From: an uncultured Actinomycetota bacterium
GTDB taxonomy: Bacteria; Actinomycetota; Actinomycetes; Propionibacteriales; Nocardioidaceae
Length of the DNA stretch: 64,000 bases
Direction of reading: 5' to 3'
Assembly (NCBI GenBank): GCA_963745795.1
Contig: CAVUYR010000006.1
Span: 504,692-568,691 of the forward strand
In this document: in pieces, positions 1-11,887 of the stretch
Layout: each line of letters begins with the position of its first letter
Position numbering within the stretch: position 1 is the first letter of the stretch
Notes under the pieces: model-generated
Database searches by the model: none
The model's input: only the letters and a program-made list of their open reading frames with translations
Told to the model about the DNA's origin: nothing
Made by a program: the position numbers and the translations under genes

Positions 1-485
1 CCGATAGCCGCGAGCAGGACCAGGACCATCGCGTAGATCAGGTGATCGTCCATGAACAGGTTGTTCTCGGGAGGGAGAACGGCGGTCCACATCATCACCA
101 GCAGCAGTGCACCCGCTGCGGCTGTTGCCCGCATCGCGATGCCGAGCATCAAGCCGACGCCGATGCCCAGGAGGCCGAGCATGAAGAGCCAGTCGGCCCA
201 CGTCTGCCCAGCGATCTGGTGGTACATGCCCTCGAACGGTCCGGACGCGGCGAAGGAGAGGAAGCCCTTGGTCGGGCTGCCCCCGTTGACCCAGGCGTCC
301 TTGCTGGCGGTCTCATGACCCAGCCCGAACGTCTTGTCGAGGAAGGCCCACAGGAACACCCAGCCCAGGCTGAGCCGCAGCGCGGCTGCCACGTAACGGG
401 CGACCGGGCCAGAAGCCTCGGACTTGCTGCCGTCGACTGTGGCGGTGCCAGCTGTCGAGCGGTGGTCGCGGCGGATGGTGCTCAT
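1..485 (-). CDS. DoxX-family membrane protein (thiosulfate:quinone oxidoreductase large-subunit-like), 3' end runs off window
   Basis: Not in ORF track. Manual translation from ATG 485 (RBS GAGGAGG): ...AALRLSLGWVFLWAFLDKTFGLG...GGSPTKGFL...WADWLFMLGLLGIGVGLMLG...PPENNLFMDDHLIYA, typical of actinobacterial DoxX. Confidence 0.8.
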   Translation of the reverse strand, partial: MSTIRRDHRSTAGTATVDGSKSEASGPVARYVAAALRLSLGWVFLWAFLDKTFGLGHETASKDAWVNGGSPTKGFLSFAASGPFEGMYHQIAGQTWADWLFMLGLLGIGVGLMLGIAMRATAAAGALLLVMMWTAVLPPENNLFMDDHLIYAMVLVLLAAI

Positions 486-572
486 GATGTCCTCCTCGTT
501 GGTTTCGATGTCTTGCTTCCAGCCTCTGGCGAGCGCGTCTGCGGCAGCAGTGGCAGAGGTCCGGAGGGCACA

Positions 573-584
573 GGACCTTGGTCC
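573..584. promoter_or_regulatory. DosR/DevR-like box upstream of DoxX gene
   Basis: Perfect palindrome GGACC-TT-GGTCC ~90 bp upstream of the DoxX start; resembles the core of the DosR consensus. Confidence 0.45.
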
Positions 585-699
585 GAAAGACGTCCTCGGC
601 GCGCCTCAGAGTGCGTTGTCCAGCAGTGGTGCACGGCTGAGCCCCGGGGATGCGACCCGGGGCTCAGCCGCGGCCAGTCCGATGGCGAGGGATGGGTGC

Positions 700-1227
700 T
701 CAGGTGGTGGCGGTATCCGTGGCCGAAGATTCCGCCAGCGCCTGGTGCTGCGCCGACGCATGGTCGCCCGGGTCCGGCACGGGGACCAGGATGACCGGCA
801 CTGAGGAGTCCCGGAGGCATTCGGCGCTCACCGATCCGGTGATTGCCCGGGCCAGGCGGCTCCGTTGGGTGTGCCCCACGACCAGGACTGCGGCATCGCG
901 CGCCGCCTCGACGAGCACGCTGCCGCCGTACCCGTGGATGACGGAGCGCGAGATGGGCGGTGTCAGGTCCATCCCGTCGACGGCCCGGGCGACAGCCTTG
1001 TCCTGGACCTCGGTCGCGCGCTCGCGTGCTTCGTCCAGCACTGGTGCCGAGTAGTCGTCGGTGTAGGGAGACGTCACCGTCCATGCTGTGACGACTTCTG
1101 CACCTACCCCTCGGCGAAGGGCCTCCTCGAATGCAAAGCGCAGGGCATGCAACGAGCCCTTAGAACCGTCGGTGCCGACAACCACGAGGCCCTGCCTGAC
1201 GTCGTTCGCGCCTGTCTCGTTCATCAT
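700..1227 (-). CDS. Universal stress protein (single Usp domain)
   Basis: VVVGTDGSKGSLHALRFA...LVVGHTQRSRLARAITGSVSAECLRDSSVPVILVP; RBS AGGAGGA. Confidence 0.9.
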   Translation of the reverse strand: MMNETGANDVRQGLVVVGTDGSKGSLHALRFAFEEALRRGVGAEVVTAWTVTSPYTDDYSAPVLDEARERATEVQDKAVARAVDGMDLTPPISRSVIHGYGGSVLVEAARDAAVLVVGHTQRSRLARAITGSVSAECLRDSSVPVILVPVPDPGDHASAQHQALAESSATDTATT

Positions 1228-1279
1228 TCCTCCTCTGTCGTCTTCCTGTCAGTCTTCGTGTCGGCTCGCAGCCGGCACA

Positions 1280-1315
1280 GGGTCGAACTGCCCGCGGGTC
1301 CGGGACTCGTGCCCC
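1280..1315. promoter_or_regulatory. Tandem DosR-like boxes upstream of USP
   Basis: GGGTCGAACTGCCC (1280-1293) and GGGACTCGTGCCCC (1302-1315), 22-bp spacing. Confidence 0.5.
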
Positions 1316-1326
1316 GGTCCTGGGTC

Positions 1327-2166
1327 TCACCGGATGATGGCCACCGGGCACCCGGCATGAGCCACCAGACTTGCGCCCACGGAACCCAGCATCAGGCCGG
1401 TGAACGCTCCGCGGCCGCGTGCACCGACGACGACAAGGGCGGCGTCCCGCGACGCACGTCTCAGCGCCTCACGAGGGTCGTCCATCGACATCTCGATCTC
1501 GACAGTCAGACCCGGGTGACCTTCTCGCACCAGCTCGACCCGCTCGCGGATCCTTGCCTCCCTCTCCCGCAGCAACGGGAAGTGCTCGAGAACCTCTGCG
1601 GCGTCGGTGCCGGAGACGGGCACGGGCGGATCCGGGGAGTGCAGCACGCACAGGTCCATGCTCCGCGAAGATGCGAAGTCGGCTGCCCAGTTCACCGCAT
1701 CGAGACTCTCAGGCAAGTCGTCCGCGCCCACGACGACCCGCCTGCTCGACCGCCTCGCCGTCTGCCGGACCACGACCACGGGACCGCCCGCCTGCCGCGC
1801 GACGTGCTGGGCGACCGAGCCGACGCCGATCCCGTCGAAGACGCCACGCCCGCGACTGCCGACGACTACCAGGGACTCGGGTTTCGAGCGGTCGATCAGG
1901 ACCGGCGCCGCGTTCCCGTCCGCGATCTCCACCTCACCGTCGACCCCACGCTCGTCGAGCAGACTTCGCGCGTCATCTGCCCACTCTTGAGCCAGGCCCG
2001 CAGTCCACTGGTCAGCCCATCTCGAGAGTTGGTGCAGGTCTCCCCGGGCGATACAGACCCGGAGTGGGAGATGCACCGCCTCGGCGTGATCGGCCGCCCA
2101 CGCCAACGCGCGCTCTGCGTCCGCGCTTCCGTCGAACCCGGCGATCACCGAGGTCTCATTACCCAT
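1327..2166 (-). CDS. Universal stress protein (tandem Usp domains)
   Basis: Two Usp domains, each ending in G-x-RGRG...GSV...H...PV; likely start MGNETS at 2166 rather than the ORF-track start. Confidence 0.9.
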   Translation of the reverse strand: MGNETSVIAGFDGSADAERALAWAADHAEAVHLPLRVCIARGDLHQLSRWADQWTAGLAQEWADDARSLLDERGVDGEVEIADGNAAPVLIDRSKPESLVVVGSRGRGVFDGIGVGSVAQHVARQAGGPVVVVRQTARRSSRRVVVGADDLPESLDAVNWAADFASSRSMDLCVLHSPDPPVPVSGTDAAEVLEHFPLLREREARIRERVELVREGHPGLTVEIEMSMDDPREALRRASRDAALVVVGARGRGAFTGLMLGSVGASLVAHAGCPVAIIR

Positions 2167-2224
2167 GCCGGCACTCTTCCCGGTGCGTCCTGCGGTGTGG
2201 CACGGCCCAACCGCACCTCCGGAC

Positions 2225-2238
2225 GGGCCTTTGGTCCC
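2225..2238. promoter_or_regulatory. DosR-like box upstream of tandem USP
   Basis: GGGCCTTTGGTCCC ~60 bp upstream of the start. Confidence 0.55.
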
Positions 2239-2292
2239 TACCGGCTCGTCACGCACTGAGCGTCGACCACGGTTCCGCTCGCAGGCCTCGCG

Positions 2293-3540
2293 TCACACCA
2301 ACAACAGACCCACGCAGGCGAAGACGGCGACGACGACCACGAGCTGAACCCCCGCCCACCTCCTCGAGACAACATGGATCCCGAGGATGCTCCGGTCCCG
2401 GGACAGACGCTGCATCAGGACCAGCAGCGGCAGCAGCAGGATCGCGTTGAGCACCTGCGTGGAGACCAGGAGCGGAATCAGCGGGATGCTCGGCACCATC
2501 ACGACACCGGCGGCGAGGGCAGTCACGGCGATGTTGCTGACGTAGAAGAGCCGCGCCTGGCCGAACGAGCAGTCCAGAGCAGCCTCGGACCCGGTGAAGT
2601 CGCAGATCGAGTACGCGGTGGAGAGAGGCAGGATGGCAGCGGCGAGAAGAGCGGCACCGATGAGGCCGACGGCGAAACACGTTCCCGCCAGGTCGCCCGC
2701 CAGCGGCGCCAGGGCCCGCGCAGCGTCCTGGGCACTGTCGATGGGAATGTTCTCCTGGTGCAGGGTCGCCGCACAGGCCACAACCACGAAGAACCCGATC
2801 ACGCCGGTAAGCAGCGCGCCAAGAACGACGTCGACCCGCTCGTACCTCAGATCGTCGACCGTGAGCTTCTTGTCGACGGCGTAGGACTGGATGAAGCTGA
2901 GTCCCCACGGGGCCAACGTCGTGCCCACCGTTGCGGCGACGATCGCCGTGTCGGCATGTCCGAAGGACATGCGTGGCGTCACCAGGCCGGACATCGCTGC
3001 CGACCAGTCCGGATGGGCCAGCACCCCGGCGCCGACGTATGCCACGAACACGGCGGCCAGCCCCATGAGCACGTGTTCGACCCGGTGGAAGCTGCCTGCC
3101 AGAACCAGCGAACAAACGACCACGGCGCTCACGGGCACGGCGAGATAGCGGCTCACTCCCAGCAGCTCTGCGCCGGCAGCGATGCCTGCGAACTCCGCGG
3201 TGGCCGTTCCCAGGTTGGCCAGGACGAGGGCGACCAGCGCGCCGGCACCCACGCCCACGCCGTACCGGTGCCGCACCAGACCGATCAGACCCTGGCCGGT
3301 GACCACTCCCAGGCGGGCGCCGAGGTCGTGGAACACCATCAGCGCCAGGGTGGAGAGGAGCAGCACCCACAGCAACTGATATCCGTTGTCGGCTCCAAGC
3401 ACCGAGTACGTCGTGATGCCGGCCGGGTCGTCGTCGGACAGTCCTGCGAGCAGCCCCGGGCCCAATACGGCGAGGAACGGGAGCGCTCGGCGTCCCCTCG
3501 ACGTGCGCCTGCTCGGCCGCTGCGCGGTGAGGCTGGTCAT
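2293..3540 (-). CDS. NRAMP-family divalent metal transporter, NRMT (Mg2+)-like subtype
   Basis: GPGLLAGLSDDDPAGITTYS...GY.LLW; TM6 GTTLAPW lacks the canonical Met; ~11 hydrophobic segments. Confidence 0.85.
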   Translation of the reverse strand: MTSLTAQRPSRRTSRGRRALPFLAVLGPGLLAGLSDDDPAGITTYSVLGADNGYQLLWVLLLSTLALMVFHDLGARLGVVTGQGLIGLVRHRYGVGVGAGALVALVLANLGTATAEFAGIAAGAELLGVSRYLAVPVSAVVVCSLVLAGSFHRVEHVLMGLAAVFVAYVGAGVLAHPDWSAAMSGLVTPRMSFGHADTAIVAATVGTTLAPWGLSFIQSYAVDKKLTVDDLRYERVDVVLGALLTGVIGFFVVVACAATLHQENIPIDSAQDAARALAPLAGDLAGTCFAVGLIGAALLAAAILPLSTAYSICDFTGSEAALDCSFGQARLFYVSNIAVTALAAGVVMVPSIPLIPLLVSTQVLNAILLLPLLVLMQRLSRDRSILGIHVVSRRWAGVQLVVVVAVFACVGLLLV

Positions 3541-4943
3541 GACTCATCCGTGGACGAGGGATGCCGTTCTGGACGGTGGAGTCGCCATCCATTGAGTCGT
3601 CGGGCTCGTCGCGGCGGAGGGCCACCACCTGCGACTCGTGCCCGGACGACTGGGTGCAGCAACCGCATAGCCTCCTCGCGCACGGCTCGATCGGCCGAGC
3701 TCAAGATCTGCCGGGCGTGGGTGACCGAAGCCCGGGTCAGCACCTCCGCCATGTCATCAGCCGCCAGGTTCCGCACCATGGCCTGCGGTGTGGCCAGCTG
3801 CGCAGCGTGGCCGCGGTGGGAGGCCAGGTGCACGCGCGAGAGCGGGACCGTCGGTGTTTCCACGGGCAACGGCCGACCGGCGAACCGGCGCAGGACTCTC
3901 CCGGGGCTCAGGTCGACCCCGACGACCCTGGCCTCTGCCACCCCGATGTCGACCAGCACGTCGCTCACCCTGGTGCGCCGGGGCGGATCGGCTGTGATCA
4001 CGGGGCTGTCCATGACGTCACGTCCGACGAGTAGCTCGCAGGGCCCGAGGCCGGAGTCCTCGAAGGGAGCGGGCTGCTCACCGGTCGCGAACCGCGCCTG
4101 ACCGGGGGGCGCGATCACCGACCGCCACGGGACCACCGAGCGCCGTCCGCGAGCGGAACGGATCACCAGCGCGTTCACTGGGACGGGATCGAGGCCGGAA
4201 GCCAGGTCGGCGACGATGTCGTCGACCGTTCCCAGCTGATGGCCGGCGCCGTCGTAGATCGGCGTGCCCGCGAGGGAGGTCACGAACTGGCGGCCTCGGC
4301 GGTCCGTCGACGCCGGAGCGGCGACCAGACGCACCGCCCCCACCCCGGTGACGGCAGCCATGACGACGGCCATGACGATGGCCGCGGCAAGACCGACAAC
4401 GAGCCCGAACCAGAACGACTGACCCTCGTGCCACAGGGGTGGTGCCACCGCTGAGAAGGCTGCGAGCCCAGCGCACCAGCCCAGCGCGGTCCACCCCACC
4501 CAGGCGAGTGCGTAGGACGTGTTCTTCGGCAGCACGAGTGCCTGCGCCGTGCCGATGGTGCACAGCAGCGCCGCTGCGAGAACGGTCGCGGCTGCAATCA
4601 CCCAGCCCAGCGGCCACGAGACCCATCGGTCGTGCGTGGCAGCCGGGAGTGTGCCGAGGAACCAGGCCACCGCGCCGCCGAGGCTCGTCGCCACGACCCA
4701 GGCCGAGCGCCTGAGTCCCCGGAGACGGCGGTGGAGCACCGCGGCCTGGGCGAGGCCGAGCATGGCGCCCTCGAAGAGCCCGGCTGCGGTGAGGATCGTG
4801 AGCTGCACTCCCGCCGGCCTCTGAGCGGCCCAGATCCCCGCAAGCGTCGAGACCGTGAACCCGGTGACCTCGCCGAGCGTGACGAGCGCGACCCACCTCA
4901 GCCACAGAGCCCGGCGTCCCATGGTCACCATGGTCGGCTGCAA
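3537..4943 (-). CDS. Membrane protein fused to PRC-barrel / MgtE N-terminal-like domains
   Basis: N-terminal ~200 aa with ~6 TMs; then PRC-like GTPIYDGAGHQLGTVDDIV and LLVGRDVMDSPVI...RVSDV; stop overlaps the NRAMP start (ATGA). Confidence 0.65.
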   Translation of the reverse strand: MQPTMVTMGRRALWLRWVALVTLGEVTGFTVSTLAGIWAAQRPAGVQLTILTAAGLFEGAMLGLAQAAVLHRRLRGLRRSAWVVATSLGGAVAWFLGTLPAATHDRWVSWPLGWVIAAATVLAAALLCTIGTAQALVLPKNTSYALAWVGWTALGWCAGLAAFSAVAPPLWHEGQSFWFGLVVGLAAAIVMAVVMAAVTGVGAVRLVAAPASTDRRGRQFVTSLAGTPIYDGAGHQLGTVDDIVADLASGLDPVPVNALVIRSARGRRSVVPWRSVIAPPGQARFATGEQPAPFEDSGLGPCELLVGRDVMDSPVITADPPRRTRVSDVLVDIGVAEARVVGVDLSPGRVLRRFAGRPLPVETPTVPLSRVHLASHRGHAAQLATPQAMVRNLAADDMAEVLTRASVTHARQILSSADRAVREEAMRLLHPVVRARVAGGGPPPRRARRLNGWRLHRPERHPSSTDES

Positions 4944-4980
4944 TCACGCGAGACGGCAGTGACCAACGCCGTCAGTCGGC

Positions 4981-5033
4981 GGGACGTTGGGCCTGTTCGG
5001 GACCTTCGGACCTGAGCGTCGGGCCTTGGGCCC
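4981..5033. promoter_or_regulatory. Triple DosR-like boxes in divergent promoter
   Basis: GGGACGTTGGGCCT (4981), GGGACCTTCGGACC (4999), GGGCCTTGGGCCC (5021). Confidence 0.55.
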
Positions 5034-5088
5034 GTAGTCCACGGCGCAGAACCTTCGGTACATCGGAAGCAACACCGAGGAGGACCCC

Positions 5089-6492
5089 ATGACCACCGAG
5101 CTCGCGCGCCCCTCGAAGACGCCACCACCGGCCTCCACTGCCGGGCTGAGCCTGTCGACGTCGACCAGCCTGGTCATGGGCAGCATCATCGGCGTCGGGA
5201 TCTTCAGCCTGCCGTACGCGATCGCGTCGTACGGCCCGATCAGCCTGGTGGCAATGGGCGTTGCGACCGTCGGGGCGGTGGCGCTGGCCCTGATGTTCGC
5301 CGTGATGTCCCGACGTGTCCCGGCCGAGGGCGGTCCGTACGCGTACTCACGCGCCGCCTTCGGCAACGGCTTCGGCTTCAGCCAGGCGTGGCTCTACTGG
5401 ATCACCGCCTGGGCCGGGAACGCCGCGATCGCGGTCGGGTGGGTCTTCTACGTGGAGAAGTTCGTGAACAAGGAGGGAAGCACCCTCGGGTCGATCGCGA
5501 TCGCGCTGACGGGGCTGTGGATCCCGGCGGCCGTCAATCTCTCCGGAGTGCGCAACATGGGGGTGTTCCAGCTGTGGACGACAGTCCTGAAGTTCATCCC
5601 CCTGGCCCTGATGGCCTCTGCTGGTCTCTTCTTCGTCAAGGCTGGCAACTTCACGCCCTGGAACACCAGCGGCGACACCGACGTGTCGGCGATCGGCGGC
5701 GCCATGGCGATCTGCCTGTTCAGCTACCTCGGCGTCGAGACCGCAGCCGTCGCTGCGGGCAAGGTGCGCCACCCCGGACGCAACGTGCCCAAGGCGACCG
5801 TCTACGGCACCCTGGCCAGCGCCGTCGTCTACCTGCTCTCGCTCGTCGCTGTCTTCGGCATCCTGCCGGCCGCGACCCTGGCCCGGGACAGCAACCAGGC
5901 GTCCTACTCCGCCGCGGCCGACTCGATCGCGGGCGGCAGCTGGCTGGGCTACCTCGTAGCTGCCTGCGTGGTCGTCTCCGGCATCGGCGCACTCAACGGC
6001 TGGACCATGATCTGCGCGGAGATGCCGCTGGCCGCCGCCAAGGACGGTCTGTTCCCTCGCGTGTTCGGGTCGCTCTCGAGTCGTGGCGTCCCTGCGTTCG
6101 GGATCATCTCCTCCACGGTCCTGGCGTCGGTCGCCATGCTGATCAGCTACCTGGGCAACAGCGGGGCGACCGTGTTCACCACGCTGGTCCTGATGACCGG
6201 GATCACCGCCGCGATTCCGTACGCCGCCTCCGCACTCGCCCAGCTGAAATGGCGGCTCTCCGACCGCCGGCATGGTCACACGCCGCACCTCGTCCTCGAC
6301 CTGGGCGTGGCCATCGTCGCGCTGGCACTGTCGCTGGCATTCGTCTGGTACTCGCGCAACAGCGGCGCCAGCTGGTACGTCGTCTGGGGCCCGTTCCTGA
6401 TGGCGGGAGGCGCCGCCGTGCTCGGTATCCCGGTCTACCTCGCCCAGCGAGGGTCGATGACCGAACCCGACCCCGTCCCTGAGTACAAGTGA
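5089..6492 (+). CDS. arcD: APC-family amino-acid permease, arginine/ornithine antiporter-like
   Basis: GSIIGVGIFSLP, GGPYAYSRAAFG, FSYLGVE motifs; ~12 TMs; directly upstream of arcA; RBS GAGGAGG. Confidence 0.8.
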   Translation: MTTELARPSKTPPPASTAGLSLSTSTSLVMGSIIGVGIFSLPYAIASYGPISLVAMGVATVGAVALALMFAVMSRRVPAEGGPYAYSRAAFGNGFGFSQAWLYWITAWAGNAAIAVGWVFYVEKFVNKEGSTLGSIAIALTGLWIPAAVNLSGVRNMGVFQLWTTVLKFIPLALMASAGLFFVKAGNFTPWNTSGDTDVSAIGGAMAICLFSYLGVETAAVAAGKVRHPGRNVPKATVYGTLASAVVYLLSLVAVFGILPAATLARDSNQASYSAAADSIAGGSWLGYLVAACVVVSGIGALNGWTMICAEMPLAAAKDGLFPRVFGSLSSRGVPAFGIISSTVLASVAMLISYLGNSGATVFTTLVLMTGITAAIPYAASALAQLKWRLSDRRHGHTPHLVLDLGVAIVALALSLAFVWYSRNSGASWYVVWGPFLMAGGAAVLGIPVYLAQRGSMTEPDPVPEYK

Positions 6493-6505
6493 GAAGGGCC
6501 GGCAG

Positions 6506-7789
6506 ATGAGATTCCACGTCGACTCCGAAGTGGGACAGCTCAAGCAGGTCATCGTCCACCGCCCCGGCCTCGAGCTGGACCGGCTCACTCCCGGCAACGT
6601 CGACGAGCTGCTCTTCGACGACGTGTTGTGGGCCGCCCGAGCGAGACAGGAACACGACACGTTCGTCCACCAGCTCCAGGCGGAAGGCGTCGTCGTTCAC
6701 CGCTTCGTGGATCTCCTGGCCGTCGCACTCGACGAGCCAGGAGCCCGGGAGTTCGTCCAGGAACACCTGACCACCGCGACGCGGTTCGGGCAGGCGCTGG
6801 ACAAGCCGCTCGACGACCTCGTCGCCTCAACTCCGGCGGAGGCGTTGGCGGAGCGACTGATCGGCGGTGTGCTCAAGTCCGACGTGGTCGACCAGCTGCG
6901 CGAACCGAGTCTCCTGATGGAGTTCCTGCGCCTCGACGACTTCCTGCTGCGGCCGCTCCCCAACCATCTGTTCCAGCGGGACAACGCCGCCTGGATCTAC
7001 GACGGTCTGTCGATCAACCCGATGGCCAAGCCGGCTCGCAAGCGGGAGACGATCAACTCCCGCGTGGTCTACAACTTCCACCCGATGTTTCGCGACGCAG
7101 GCTTCCCGTTCCTCTACGGCAACGACTCGGTGCCCCACGAGCCGGCGACCGTCGAGGGCGGAGACGTCACCGTCATCGGGGAGCGAGCCGTGATGATCGG
7201 CATGGGAGAACGCTCCACTGCGCAAGGCGTCGAGGCATTGTCACGCGCACTCTTCGCCAACGGCTCGGTCGATCGTGTTATCGCCGTCGAGCTGCCGCGG
7301 GAACGGGCCTTCATGCACCTCGACACGGCCATGACCATGGTCGACAGGGACGCCTTCAGCGTCTACCCGTACCTGCCCGACGGGCTCCGGTCCTTCACCC
7401 TCACGTCGAAGGGCGTGGGTGGCGACTTCACCATCGCGGAGAACAGGGAGCTGTTCGGCGCGGTGGCGGACGTTCTCGGCATGGAGAAGGTCCGCGTCCT
7501 GCGCACCCCGATCGACAAGATGGGGGCTCAGCGGGAGCAGTGGGACGACGGCAACAACTTCCTGGCGATCAGGCCCGGCGTGGTCCTCGGCTATGAGCGC
7601 AACACCACCACCAACCGGTATCTCGCTGACGAAGGCATCGAGATCATCCCGGTCGTGGGGTCCGAGCTGGGGCGCGGGCGCGGCGGACCCCGGTGCATGA
7701 CCTGCCCGATCGAGCGAGCGGCAGCTTCTGTGTCCGAGGGGGGACTTGAACCCCCACGCCCTAATACGGGCACTAGCACCTCAAGCTAG
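6506..7789 (+). CDS. arcA: Arginine deiminase
   Basis: VDSEVGQL, LLFDD, PNHLFQRD, EGGD, FMHLDT, EQWDDGNN, ELGRGRGGPRCMTCP (catalytic Cys). Confidence 0.95.
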   Translation: MRFHVDSEVGQLKQVIVHRPGLELDRLTPGNVDELLFDDVLWAARARQEHDTFVHQLQAEGVVVHRFVDLLAVALDEPGAREFVQEHLTTATRFGQALDKPLDDLVASTPAEALAERLIGGVLKSDVVDQLREPSLLMEFLRLDDFLLRPLPNHLFQRDNAAWIYDGLSINPMAKPARKRETINSRVVYNFHPMFRDAGFPFLYGNDSVPHEPATVEGGDVTVIGERAVMIGMGERSTAQGVEALSRALFANGSVDRVIAVELPRERAFMHLDTAMTMVDRDAFSVYPYLPDGLRSFTLTSKGVGGDFTIAENRELFGAVADVLGMEKVRVLRTPIDKMGAQREQWDDGNNFLAIRPGVVLGYERNTTTNRYLADEGIEIIPVVGSELGRGRGGPRCMTCPIERAAASVSEGGLEPPRPNTGTSTSS

Positions 7790-7816
7790 CGCGTCTGCCT
7801 ATTCCGCCACCCGGAC
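7731..7816 (-). tRNA. tRNA-Leu(GAG)
   Basis: Reverse complement GTCCGGGTGGCGGAATAGGCAGACGCGCTAGCTTGAGGTGCTAGTGCCCGTATTAGGGCGTGGGGGTTCAAGTCCCCCCTCGGACA: cloverleaf, GAG anticodon, long variable arm, GTTCAA T-loop; CCA not encoded. Confidence 0.95.
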
Positions 7817-7958
7817 GAGTGGTGCTGGACGGTCCTCGTGGGGCCGTCCGGCGCGCCGGTAACCCTAGCAAAGGAAAGAGGGGACCTTCACATCGGTGCG
7901 GACCGCCCGTCCGCCGGGCAGCGCGAACTCCTGCTGCGTGATGTGGTCGTGGCCGGCG

Positions 7959-10609
<2,651 letters not shown>

Positions 10610-10610
10610 C

Positions 10611-11030
10611 TCAGCGGAGCGCGCCGTAGGCGTGGGTCGGCCGGATCCGCACGACGACGCGCCGGTCCCGCACCATGGAGGCCCGGTAGTCGTCCCAGTC
10701 CTCGTGCTCTCCCGCGAGCCTCCGGTAGACCTCGACCAGCTCGTCGGTCGCCGCGTCGTTCGGGTCGGCCGCGACCTCCGAGAGCTCGACGTCACCCTCG
10801 ATCACCGCGTAGGACCAGAAGTTCTCGCCGTCGACGTGCAGCGCGGCCCACGGCGTGCGCCGGAGGTTGGCGTACTTGGCGCGGTCGGCCGTCGTGGAGA
10901 CCCGGATCACGCCCTCGTCGTCGACGGCGTGCAGGACGTTGGAGAGCTGCGGCTTGCCGTCGCTCTTGATCGTGGTCAGCACCGACTGGTTGCGGTCACG
11001 GGCGGCGGCGAGTGCGATGTCGAGGTCCAT
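10611..11030 (-). CDS. PPOX-class F420-dependent oxidoreductase
   Basis: LTTIKSDGKPQLSNV...STTADRAKYANLRRTP...EHEDWDDYRASMVRDRRVVVRI. Confidence 0.88.
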   Translation of the reverse strand: MDLDIALAAARDRNQSVLTTIKSDGKPQLSNVLHAVDDEGVIRVSTTADRAKYANLRRTPWAALHVDGENFWSYAVIEGDVELSEVAADPNDAATDELVEVYRRLAGEHEDWDDYRASMVRDRRVVVRIRPTHAYGALR

Positions 11031-11065
11031 GTCGGGTCAAGGCGCAGGCGCCCGCAGATGTTCCG

Positions 11066-11686
11066 TCAGCCGCCCACCAGCTCGCGCGGCGCGTGCAGGC
11101 CGCAGTCCCTGAGCTCGAGCTGGGCGAGGCGCCGCACCACGTCGGGGTCGCGGTCGCGCCAGCCACCCGCCGGGTCGTCGCTCACCCGGGCCAGCACGTG
11201 CAGCGGCTGGTTGGTCATCGCCCGCAGCGCGAACAGGTCGAGGTCTGCGGCCGAGTCGAGGAACCGCTTGCCCGCGGTGGCCCGACGTACGAAGCGGATG
11301 CGCGGCGGCAGGTAGACCGCGAGCGCGATCAGGATCGGGATCAGCGCGACCGCGATGCCCAGCCAGAACGCGAGTGTCTGCACCGCCTCGACCTGCGCCC
11401 GCCCCGCGGCGGCGAGGTTGTCCGCCGCACCGCCGGCGCCCTCGAACGGCTTCTGCACGTCGTCGCCGACCAACGGCACGCCGCTGATCGACTCGCCCGC
11501 GTCGCGCAGCCTGCCGGCGAGGCCGGTGGCCGACACGTCGATCTGCCGGCCGGGCCTCGCGAGGCCGAGGGTCGCGTCGTGCACCGAGTCGGCGATCGAC
11601 ACCCAGAGCCAGATCCAGAGCACGAGGAGAAGGTCGCCCGCGACCTGGAGGGCGCGTCGTACGGGGAGGTCTGAGTAGGTCTTCAT
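11066..11686 (-). CDS. Conserved actinobacterial membrane protein
   Basis: MKTYSDLPVRRALQVAGDLL..., two TMs, LDLFALRAM, ELRDCGL. Confidence 0.7.
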   Translation of the reverse strand: MKTYSDLPVRRALQVAGDLLLVLWIWLWVSIADSVHDATLGLARPGRQIDVSATGLAGRLRDAGESISGVPLVGDDVQKPFEGAGGAADNLAAAGRAQVEAVQTLAFWLGIAVALIPILIALAVYLPPRIRFVRRATAGKRFLDSAADLDLFALRAMTNQPLHVLARVSDDPAGGWRDRDPDVVRRLAQLELRDCGLHAPRELVGG

Positions 11687-11887
11687 CGGGCCACCCTGCC
11701 GGGTCGGCGTCGTGGACATCACACCCGGGAAGGCGCGTCTGGTGCGAAGGGAGAGGTGAACGCCCGTACACTCGACGCATCGGCCCCTCAGTTCTGCCTC
11801 GGGCCGGATCTGCGTCACACGACCCACGCGCCGCGATGGTCTTACTCGCGCCGGGCAGGACGCCCTTCAAGCTTTCGGAGTCACCTC

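Noticed and set aside
7817-7958. Small ORF or second RNA between the tRNA and guaB1
   Set aside because: No supported start/RBS or cloverleaf; explained as the tRNA promoter region (TAGGGT on the - strand)
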